Assembly: GCA_965644295.1 (NCBI GenBank) | Contig: CBFFRP010000343.1 | Coordinates: 1-13,907 of the forward strand | DNA: 13,907 nt | Source: Paraphysomonas bandaiensis | Taxonomy: Eukaryota; Protista; Chrysophyceae | Reading direction: 5' to 3' | Shown: one piece after another, positions 1 to 8,692 of the stretch | Numbering within the stretch: position 1 is the stretch's first letter | Layout: each line of letters begins with the position of its first letter | The notes under the pieces: generated by a model | Told to the model about the DNA's origin: nothing | What the model saw: only the letters and a program-made list of their open reading frames with translations | Database searches by the model: none | Program-made: the position numbers and the translations under genes

Positions 1-660
1 ATCGAAATGTATTTGGCAGTGCATACTAGACCAGACATGGCATATACAGTAAATCTTCTCTCCCGGTTCACCACAAGACCCACGTACGCTGCATGTCAAG
101 CTGCTCTGCATACTTTATTGTATTTAGAAAATACAGTTGATCAAGGTATCATATTTCCTAATTTCACAGATGAAGACCCTCTATGTGTGTACTCTGATGC
201 AGATTGGGCCGGAGATCTGGATACATGCAGATCCACTACAGGGTATATCGTATATCTGTGGGGTGCTCCAATTGCATGGCAGTCCAGACTGCAGCCAACA
301 GTGGCTACGTCGACTATGGAAGCTGAATATATGGCTGCATATGCTGCAATTCAGGAGATTGTATGGATACGAGGGGTGATGACAGAGCTCGGAATTCGTG
401 GATTTGAGCTCAGTAAGAATGCGTCTCCAACAATCTTGAATATGGACAGCAAGAGTGCGATTGATCTAGCTCAGAACCCGGTAAATCATAAACGTTCCAA
501 GCATATTCGGATCAAGTATCATTGGATTCGAGAGCAAGTGGGAGGCTGTATCGTCAGGCTGAATCATGTGCCAACGGCAGAGATGACAGCAGACGTGATG
601 ACTAAAGCCTTGTCCGAGAAGCTGCACTATCAGCATGTGCACACTATGGTATCGCACTAA
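1..660 (+). CDS. Ty1/copia retrotransposon pol, 3' end (end of RT plus RNase H); 5'-partial
   Basis: Open frame from base 1 to TAA at 658-660. Carries copia motifs TRPDM, YSDADWAG, STTGY, WQSRLQ, STMEAEY, DSKSAI, RSKHIRIKYHWIRE and ADVMTK. No stops or frameshifts. Confidence 0.96.
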   Translation: MEMYLAVHTRPDMAYTVNLLSRFTTRPTYAACQAALHTLLYLENTVDQGIIFPNFTDEDPLCVYSDADWAGDLDTCRSTTGYIVYLWGAPIAWQSRLQPTVATSTMEAEYMAAYAAIQEIVWIRGVMTELGIRGFELSKNASPTILNMDSKSAIDLAQNPVNHKRSKHIRIKYHWIREQVGGCIVRLNHVPTAEMTADVMTKALSEKLHYQHVHTMVSH

Positions 661-699
661 GTAGACTTGCTCATCACAGTATATTCTGATATGTTCATT

Positions 700-708
700 G
701 AGTGGGAG
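700..708 (+). promoter_or_regulatory. Polypurine tract (plus-strand primer) of the copia element
   Basis: GAGTGGGAG, about 40 nt after the pol stop and directly abutting the inferred LTR start. Confidence 0.75.
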
Positions 709-1033
709 TATTGAACTACAACCAACTCCTACGTGCGTACTTGAAGTTTGGTAAAGTCAATCGCTAGTAGTTATCCTGTATTCTATGTAGCAATGAAATA
801 CAGAATATACATGACTACAGTATAGGAGTAGCTATTACAAGTATACAAAGAAACTGAAAATATAGTAGCTGTTAAAGATATGATTTGTAGAACAGAATGT
901 TGATGTTGGTAAATGACGTGGTTCCTAACTCACAGGGCTACAACATCATAAACTTACTATATCTCCTATAATATCAATCAGTCAATATTGCACTAACTAA
1001 AAGCGTAAATTAATAGTTGGTTGTAGTTCAATA
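709..1033 (+). repeat. Putative 3' LTR (325 bp) with TA...TA termini and a perfect 19-bp terminal inverted repeat
   Basis: TATTGAACTACAACCAACT (709-727) is the exact reverse complement of AGTTGGTTGTAGTTCAATA (1015-1033). It starts immediately after the PPT. The second LTR is not visible. Confidence 0.8.
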
Positions 1034-1059
1034 CATACTACTTAGCATACAACAATCCA

Positions 1060-2454
1060 TTAATCTTCATTAATAACCAACTCGATTGCCACTCCAGAGG
1101 CGGCTCGCAATATTCTATCTGCCAGACCCAGCTCAGGATCATAGCTTTTATTTAAAGATGGGGATGATTGTGCATCAAGTGAACCTACAGACCTATCTAC
1201 TGGCTCCATGCCTGATTTATCAGCACACGTAACTATTGGAGCTAAAATAACTTTCCCTGCTTGTGGAACTAGTTCTGACCATCTGAGAGCGGCAAAGAGA
1301 CCTCTCGCTGCCTCTGTCATGTTTCCAGAGGGGGATAGGTCTCTATAAGCAAGGCACCCAGATGCAAGAGCACGTAGCTGGCCCTGAAAGTCAATGACTA
1401 CTACGTCGGATTTCATCTGCGCAGACGAGAGTAGCAAAGAACTTTGTGTGTATCTCTGCATTTGCTCTCGTACCGCCTCCTCGGATTCAGGGGGAGGATA
1501 GCTCAAGTGCTCGTATGTACTAACGTCTGGAGATATAACCGCCGACGCTAGCACGTAGCACGGCACATCCGGGGCGTAATGCGTAAGTAGCTGTCCTGGA
1601 GCAACGGCAGGTTCTTCTCCACTGGCAACTGTATCAGTAGTAGAAGCGGATGTGTGCTTGATGGCTCGGTGTATGGCTTTCACAACCCACTCGCTCAAGC
1701 CTTCTCCTTTTAGCAGACCCGCTACATCTCGCTGGCTGATCGCACCTTGCCTGAGAATGGTAACAGAAGAGTCTTCTGCATTGATACGCAGAACGGTAGA
1801 CTCTATGCCATGCAAACAAGTGAAAGAAGCGTGGGCAGAATCTCCGTCCAGTACACGGACACCCTTGTTCCCAAGGTCGTCTAGCACATGCTGCGCTCGT
1901 GTCGGACTTACATGACCAAAGCGATTTGCACTAGGTGCAGCTATAGGGAGTCGACACGCCTTAAGAAATTCTAACGCAAGAGGGTGAGCGGGCATCCGGA
2001 TGCCCACATACCCAGTGTCTGCAGTGACAACCATAGGCACACATGATGCTGCTTTGACAATTATAGTCAATGGACCAGGCCAAAACTGATTTGCAAGTAA
2101 CATAAACACACGTTCTGTCTCTGGGCTAACAGATATCAACTGTTTCGCCGATTGTATGTCATGTACGTGTACAATGAGAGGATCAGTGAGGGGGCGTCCT
2201 TTGGCCTCAAATATCGATAAGACAGCTGATGCATCTAACGCATTAGCACCCAAACCATATACAGTTTCAGTGGGAAATGCTACAAGATTTCCTTTAGCAA
2301 TGTCTTCAGCGGCAGATATAAGCCCCTGTTGATCAGGAGCTATTAGCAATGAAGGAGGAGAGGGGTCCATGGTCAGACAGATACGTGTAGATAGATGATT
2401 AGGTTGTAAGATATATTTAGATAGTAATAACGATCGACGTCGAACAGTAAACAT
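1060..2454 (-). CDS. SUA5: Threonylcarbamoyl-AMP synthase, Sua5/YrdC family with C-terminal SUA5 domain (t6A tRNA modification); intronless, 464 aa
   Basis: Motifs VAFPTETVYGLGANA, IFEAKGRPLTDPLIVH, FWPGPLTII, GIRMPAHP, AAPSANRFG, GIESTV, and the Sua5 linker APGQLLTHYAP. Confidence 0.96.
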   Translation of the reverse strand: MFTVRRRSLLLSKYILQPNHLSTRICLTMDPSPPSLLIAPDQQGLISAAEDIAKGNLVAFPTETVYGLGANALDASAVLSIFEAKGRPLTDPLIVHVHDIQSAKQLISVSPETERVFMLLANQFWPGPLTIIVKAASCVPMVVTADTGYVGIRMPAHPLALEFLKACRLPIAAPSANRFGHVSPTRAQHVLDDLGNKGVRVLDGDSAHASFTCLHGIESTVLRINAEDSSVTILRQGAISQRDVAGLLKGEGLSEWVVKAIHRAIKHTSASTTDTVASGEEPAVAPGQLLTHYAPDVPCYVLASAVISPDVSTYEHLSYPPPESEEAVREQMQRYTQSSLLLSSAQMKSDVVVIDFQGQLRALASGCLAYRDLSPSGNMTEAARGLFAALRWSELVPQAGKVILAPIVTCADKSGMEPVDRSVGSLDAQSSPSLNKSYDPELGLADRILRAASGVAIELVINED

Positions 2455-2465
2455 TCGCCATGTCG

Positions 2466-2487
2466 ATATATATATATATGTGTGTGT
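2466..2487. repeat. (AT)7(GT)4 microsatellite
   Basis: Read directly from the sequence, just upstream of the SUA5 start. Confidence 0.85.
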
Positions 2488-2894
2488 TTTAATAGAACGA
2501 GTGGTGTACTATACACTGCTGTACAGTATTGTACAGTGATTCTACGTCATGTACTGCTCTATATGAATAGGAGCGGAATAGTGGACTGTATGACTGTAGC
2601 ATATGGAATCCACCCCACACACCTTCCTCTTCTCTCACTTCACAAGTACGGAGAACTTCACACCACACCACACCACACATATAATATACAGCTGTACTAT
2701 AGTATGACAGGTTATAAATACAGTACCACTACAGCTGTGTATATTCTGTATTTCTCAAGAACGTATTCTTCACGGTATTATGCATGTATTGTATGTATAT
2801 TTTGTGACCATGTTGCACCCATGCATGATATCAGCTTGCAACATAATGGAACAGCAAGCGCAGTGTGGTCCACAGTCAACCGCAAGCTCATCAA

Positions 2895-4175
2895 ATGTAT
2901 TTATCCCGTAGATCAGTCTCTCATTTAGTTGGTGGTGTTGCAACTGTGTCGTTGGTGCACCTGTACAAGCGTCCGAGTCATTGCAGCCAACGAGATGATG
3001 TCTCAGTTGCATCCATAGCGGGCTCAACTGTTATATTCAAAGACAAGGCAGAGTTTGACAGGTACTGTGTATTGATATGGGCATGACATTACCTAACACA
3101 TTGATGCTAACCAGGAAGCGTGACTTGTTTGTAAAGGGAGGTAAGCTTATTTCGTTGTGGTTGTTTTGATGTGTCTGATGTATTCTTGAAGGAAATTCCA
3201 AACTACAAGTTATATCAGATTTTGACTACACCCTAACAAAGTTTTTTGTCGATGGTCATACAAGGGGTGCCAGCTGTCATTGTTTAATTGAAGATAGTGG
3301 GTTTTTATCTGAGGAATATCGCAAACAGGCCAAGGCCCTATTTCACTATTACTACCCTCTTGAGGTATCTCATGCCCTAACAATCACACAGAAAATTCCG
3401 CTAATGGTCGAGTGGGTAGAAAAAGCACATGACCTTATGCTCACAAGGTTAGAGATCGCAGAAATTTTGAAATCTTATGAGTCGTAACTTTTAATGCAGC
3501 GGACTTCGAAAAAGTCAAATCAAATTTGCAGTAGCTGAAGCCTTACAGTCGAAATCGCTTGCACTCCGTGATGGCGTTCCAGCTTTTCTTAAGATTTTGG
3601 ACATGGAGAATGTACCAATACTTTTATTTTCTGCAGGTATGTATTGAACCCGGTATTATCGTGGGTAATAATATACATTGCACACCTGCAGTAACGTTTT
3701 AGAATATCATAACGTACACACATTGATATTGACATATTTCTTAGGACTGGGAGATGTGATTGAAGAGGTTATTGATCAACAGGGTGGGGGGATTACTTCT
3801 CATATGCATGTCGTATCAAACCACATGATATTTGACAACGACAAATTAGTCGGCTTCAGTGAGCCTACTTTCCATGTATTCAACAAGAAAGCTGGTGCTG
3901 CACGACACTCACCTTTCTTCAAACGTAATGACTTGATTCATCGAGAAAATCTGATATTACTGGGCGATTCACTCGGAGATATTGCTATGTCTGAAGGGCT
4001 GCATTACAAACAGGATTCCATCATTCGTATCGGCTTCTTAAATGATAAAGTGGAAAGGTTGCCAAGTTATTTAGACGCTTATGATGTGGTTATAGTTGGT
4101 GATCCGAATTTCGACTTCCCCTTGGCACTGGTGAATGATATATTGGCTGGAGATAAAATTACTTCGAGTACTTAA
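2895..4175 (+). CDS. NT5C3: Pyrimidine 5'-nucleotidase / cytosolic 5'-nucleotidase III (HAD superfamily, UMPH-1); exons 2895-3061, 3115-3140, 3192-3447, 3500-3636, 3745-4175; about 338 aa
   Basis: GT-AG splicing gives a continuous 1017-nt frame. Motifs: LQVISDFDYTLTKF (HAD motif I), KIPLMVEW, LRDG, FSAGLGDVIEE, VVSNHMIFD, HVFNK, ILLGDSLGDIAMSEG, IGFLND. The start codon is inferred. Confidence 0.93.
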
Positions 4176-4564
4176 AGTGGCATATATAATGACCACTGTT
4201 CCCTTCGACTTGTGACCAAGTCGTATTGTATTGTGTATTCTTATTATCGCTCAGTGAACTTGTGATCTGGCATCAGTAATTTCAATCAAAGGCGACGTAA
4301 TTTCAGGCATGAATTGTTTTCTATGCAGTGTGCTCTAAAAGTAAGCACTTAAATAAGCAGTAGAGATTAGAGATAGTATGCTACTACTTTATCATTCCAT
4401 AATAGTACTAGTATAGTAGTGCACAACCGTAATTGAATGGAAACCATTTACACATAATATTGGTAAGAGTGAAAGAAAAGTTGCGATTGTGTAAAAATTG
4501 TTTAGTCTATTATTTATTTTTAAACCAAGCAAAACATGATATACTTCCAGACAGGGATAGGGAA

Positions 4565-4687
4565 CAATATATTGCAATACTATTGTTAGGTAGCGTTCCA
4601 TCAATAGTATTGATGGATTTTTTAAACCGGCCCTACAATACTATTGCAATATATTGCAATATATTGTACAATATATTGCAATATATT
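4565..4687. repeat. Left subterminal array of palindromic CAATATATTG units, including a perfect 40-bp palindrome (4648-4687)
   Basis: Exact copies at 4565, 4647, 4657 and 4669, plus CAATACTATTG and CAATAGTATTG variants. Confidence 0.9.
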
Positions 4688-4792
4688 AGTATGACTAATC
4701 AGTAAGTAAACACATCCGTAGTTTTCATTTTTAGTACTTGCCATATTTTATAAGGTCTAAGGTCACTTGATAATCAAACCCACTACTCTTAA

Positions 4793-5203
4793 CTAATTAA
4801 AAGTTTCCTCATACTCATCCTCTGAGCCATCATCGGTGACATCATCATCACCATATTCATTCAATATTGATTGAAATATGCTTGCATCCGGCCACAACTG
4901 TCGGTTAGCTTTCAGAAACAACAGCATATTAAGTGTAGTAGGATGCATACGTTTGCGCAACACTGATATAATCAGTTTTGCTGCGCTGAACAGGCGTTCA
5001 CACGTATTGGAAGTACATACTACATGACTCGTGCACCTGTACTTAGATATTTCAACTTTTCGCTTCTTAAGTTTTTGAGCTGATTGAAGAATTTTTTCCG
5101 CATAGCCAACTTCAGCTTCATCATCCTCTGTATTGTTGCAATAATCACTGTCTGAACGGAGATATATTCTAACAGCATCTTTCTCAGATCTTGTCAAGTC
5201 CAA
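4793..5203 (-). pseudogene. hAT transposase C-terminal fragment (dimerization domain region)
   Basis: TSNTCERLFSAAKLIISVLRKRMHPTTLNMLLFLK matches the hAT C-terminal SxxxERxFS...R..L....L pattern. There is no in-frame ATG at the 5' end (the ORF opens on TTG) and the N-terminal and central domains are missing. Confidence 0.88.
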
Positions 5204-5438
5204 TTCTTCAGTTGTCTCTTCTTGTCACTATAGGATATATATACTATATTAAGAGAAGTACTGTACATACATGTGGAGAGGTGTAGAGTGCTGTTTGAGC
5301 TGGCGATACATAAAAAATAGAAAATAACATCAAAAATAGGCTTTTTTTCTTATTTTCCGGATATTTGTATACAGAGGCGTATATTTTGCACCATACAGTT
5401 GAGGATCTTCTCTTATATGACTATCATAATATTGATTG

Positions 5439-5571
5439 CAATATATTGCAATAGTATTGTGAGCTCTATTAACAGAAACACTATTGATGGAATATTTGAC
5501 CAGTCCACCAATCAATATATTTTACAATATATTGCAATATATTGTACAATATATTGCAATACAATATATTG
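5439..5571. repeat. Right subterminal array of palindromic CAATATATTG units
   Basis: Exact copies at 5439, 5525, 5535, 5547 and 5562. Confidence 0.9.
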
Positions 5572-5628
5572 TTCCCTATCCCTGCTTCCAGACAATTGCT
5601 AATGTATGGAGTAAAGGCAGATAACCAA

Positions 5629-7464
5629 TCACATACTGTTACCAAACCGGTAAACACTACACAATAAACTAATCACAAACACACACATCATCAACACTGT
5701 GGCCATCATTCTTTGTGGGTGGGAGAATTTCCATGTCGAAGTCCCAGAACACGCAGAAGTGAAGGGGGAAGGAAGAGCCGCGAAGGAATGACTTCTACTA
5801 TGCGTATAATACTCATACAAATCACCATCACTTTCGTCATCTTCAGTGGTATCCTTACTCTCTCTTATTTTGTTAACTTGACGAGATACGTCTAGAAAAT
5901 CCATCATTAATTTCACCGCGTCAGAAGGAGACTCCTTGTCACAGAGTAGTATGGCATTGACTAGAAAGGTTAACAATGCCGTTGTTCTCCTTTCTACAGT
6001 GTCTTGGGACATCTTCCCAAATATAGTCTTCGGGGGAATGCTGGGTGGTGTGAAGAATTCACGAAGCCTTTCTCTCAACTGTAAGAAGTCTGAATATCGT
6101 TTACCGACCTAGACAACGAAACCGTCAAACCATGAAACCATTATATCTTACACCAAAACGTACCACCCATGAAGTTGTATCCTTCCAGGTTACTCGCAGT
6201 ATGTACTCATGATGAGTACCTCTGTCCTGTACTTAATTCAGACAGCAAGAAAGAACACTACACTTATATATACCTTAACACCTGCCATCCTTATTCTGAT
6301 ATCACGTAAATACGGGCCACTGGCCTGAGAACGGAAACTCCGTCTAGGGGATATACTTGATATAGTACTTGCACGTGGACGCAAACTATTGATGCTAGGC
6401 CTTTCCGTACATTCAAAGGGTTCAATATCTACTGTCGGTACAGGAGGCAGAGGGGTGGAAGGCCGCAGCGATATAGAAGTGGGCCTAGACTCCAAGGACT
6501 GCGAGGAATGCTTATCTGCCTCATCTACGAGAGCAGTACGTAGCGCTGCAGTCTCATGGTAATTCGATAGTGTTCCAGCAGTGGCTGGCTGCTTAACAGC
6601 TTGGTCAATTTGAGCTGGAGAAGCACCAGTGCAGGCGGGGTATGGGCCACTCCATGGAAAATATGAGTTTTCACCGCCATACTCTGTCGGAATATCTTTG
6701 CGATTAATGTACTGCTCGAGCAGTGAAAGAGGATTTGCTCCAGCAATAAGGATTTTCCTGCGGGTTCGTGGGGAGAGGCAAGACGAAAATAGACGATACA
6801 AGAGAGGAAAATACCAGGGTGCGTTTATCACGAGACACTTATGCAGAGTCTCTGGATAGTACTTCTGACCAATAAAAATGATTGTCTTTATAAAACCAAC
6901 TACATCCCGATCCAGCACCCCAGGAAGGAGTGCCATATCACAAACAACGACACACTTATCAACAGGGTCACAGCGCTTTTGACTGGAGTAATTACGTCGA
7001 AGGGTGAAGCATTCTTGGTTCCAAACATAATATAGAAGCAGCTGTTGAAGAGAAAAGTACTCCTTAATTTCTTTGAAATGAAAGAGAATTTTACCAGTCT
7101 TTTCCCAATATATAGGCCTTCCAGACGTCTTATCAAACCCATAATGAGCACATGGCAATAAATGGGAATGTGGGTGTTTGTGTAACTGTTGACTCGCTGC
7201 TTTTAAGATTATATTCGGATTATACTGTACAGCAGAATTAGGCAATGGATCCAGAGATTTCTTTCGCCAGGAATCACAAGACACGGCCATGTTAACAGCA
7301 TCAGCTATTCGTCCATCACATGCTCCAATAAATCGTAAACAATCATCATCAGTAAATGATTTGCTGACATCACAATCTAAATGATATCGAAACTCATGTA
7401 TAACACCAACTTGACTGATTCGATCAGAAAATATTTCACTTGATGATCTTCGTCGTATAGACAT
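5629..7464 (-). CDS. CRAL-TRIO (Sec14-like) lipid-binding protein fused to a PX domain, with a C-terminal hydrophobic anchor; exons 7464-6274, 6226-6164, 6108-5629; about 577 aa
   Basis: Exon 1 has DDDCLRFI, GFDKTSGRPIYWEKTG and QKYYPETLHKCLVINAPWYF...LSPRTRRKI...IPTEYGG (CRAL-TRIO), then a Pro/Ser linker. Two phase-0 GT-AG introns (47 and 55 nt) join it to HEYILRVTW...WVVGKRYSDFLQLRERL...PSIPPKTIFG...VERRTTALLTFL (PX). It ends with MMATVLMMCVFVISLLCSVY. Confidence 0.85.
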
Positions 7465-7512
7465 TACTTCTTTAATCCACTATTAAGTCATTAAATCAGT
7501 GTGTATACTTTA

Positions 7513-7549
7513 ATATATATATATATATATGTATGTATGTATGTATGTA
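7513..7549. repeat. (AT)9(GTAT)4 microsatellite
   Basis: Read directly from the sequence, about 50 nt upstream of the Sec14-PX start. Confidence 0.85.
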
Positions 7550-7800
7550 CATGTCATCTCGAAATCGAATCCTATTACAGAGACAGATCCGGTATCTCAC
7601 ATCCGTATATACAGGCTATCATCCTGTACGTACACTTATATATTTTAATAGCCAGAATCTAGTATTTGTTATATCCAATCAATACTTATTATTATCTGTT
7701 GATTGGATTTTATGGGAAATAGGTATTATATACTGCACAACGTGCGTATGCACTGGTCTATATGTATGCATGTATGGCTCCATGATATCTGATATGGTAA

Positions 7801-7860
7801 TATACATACATATACATACATATACATACATATACATACATATACATACATATACATACA
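7801..7860. repeat. (TATACATACA)6 tandem repeat
   Basis: Six exact 10-bp units. The last unit overlaps the TA and first CA of the foldback element. Confidence 0.95.
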
Positions 7861-8692
7861 GTATCGGACAAAAATAATGACACAACGTTTTTTTAAGACT
7901 TTCACTACATAAATGTAAAACCCGGATATTACTCTAATAATAGAAAATATGCAGTTTCTTCTGGGCTTTTTAATAAGCTATTGAGACAAAAAATCGGTGA
8001 AAATTTTATTAATTAATGTGTCAAAACCTTGAAAACGTCCATAGTTAAAAACAGGTAGAGTTTATCCGTATTTTATAATTAAGTAATCGGTAATCTTTTA
8101 CTTATTTCACTTTAACGTCAGAACGAAAGCTCTTTATGATTTGCCTTTCCAGACCAAGACTCTCTACAATATTGTCAACAATATTCATTAATTGAGTTTT
8201 GCTTTCTGGTGCCTATTTGGGAAGATATGGTTGCTTTATTATTTACGATCAACATCCTCAAAACTCGACAAGGATTTCTATAAGAAAGAAAACTAACATT
8301 TGTCGTTAATGTTAAAGCAGCCATATCTTCCCAAATAGGCATCAGAGAGCAAAACTCTATTAATGAATATTGTTGACAATATTGTAGAGAGTCTTGGTCT
8401 GGAAAGGCAAATCATAAAGAGCTTTCGTTCTGACGTTAAAGTGAAATAAGTAAAAGATTACCGATTACTTAATTATAAAATACGGATAAACTCTACCTGT
8501 TTTTAACTATGGACGTTTTCAAGATTTTGACACATTAATTAATAAAATTTTCACCGATTTTTTGTCTCAATAGCTTATTAAAAAGCCCAGAAGAAACTGC
8601 ACATTTTCTATTATTAGAGTAATATCCGGGTTTTACATTTATGTAGTGAAAGTCTTAAAAAAACGTTGTGTCATTATTTTTGTCCGACACTG
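7859..8692. mobile_element. Foldback/MITE-like non-autonomous DNA transposon, probably Tc1/mariner superfamily, 834 bp
   Basis: Arms 7859-8238 and 8313-8692 are 380-bp inverted repeats (7 mismatches, no indels by eye) around a 74-bp spacer. Termini are CAGT(A/G)TCGGACAAAA. TA flanks both ends (7857-7858 and 8693-8694). No ORF. Confidence 0.92.

Larger units (their letters stand above)
1..1033 (+). mobile_element. 3' portion of a Ty1/copia LTR retrotransposon (pol end, PPT, 3' LTR)
   Basis: Expected order: RNase H, stop codon, short spacer, purine tract, then a segment bounded by inverted repeats. The 5' part lies outside the window. Confidence 0.9.
4552..5584 (-). mobile_element. Non-autonomous (internally deleted) hAT DNA transposon, 1033 bp
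   Basis: Perfect 23-bp TIRs CAGGGATAGGGAACAATATATTG (4552-4574 and 5562-5584). Exact 8-bp TSD CTTCCAGA (4544-4551 and 5585-5592). Internal transposase remnant present. Confidence 0.96.

Noticed and set aside
1634-1915. Alternative-frame and antisense ORFs inside SUA5 (likewise inside pol, Sec14-PX and CTL)
   Set aside because: Shadow ORFs of well-supported coding sequences.
2482-2928. 148-aa ORF and overlapping short ORFs in the SUA5/NT5C3 intergenic region
   Set aside because: Tyr/His/Thr-biased translation of simple sequence with no recognisable motif, located in a promoter.
3637-3744. 108-nt NT5C3 intron, about twice the local norm, with an internal CTGCAG; possible micro-exon or nested intron
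   Set aside because: The flanking exons already join into the conserved FSAGLGD motif, and I found no internal splice that preserves it.
4565-4687. Repeated CAATATATTG units as a CRISPR-like array
   Set aside because: No unique spacers of regular length, eukaryotic context, and fully explained as hAT subterminal repeats.
4392-4705. Short ORFs across the left hAT end (and 5330-5602 at the right end)
   Set aside because: Translations of the subterminal repeats (IAIYCNI) with no protein signal.
7533-7885. 114-aa and 68-aa ORFs
   Set aside because: Produced by microsatellite and 10-bp tandem repeats (YIHIHTYT).
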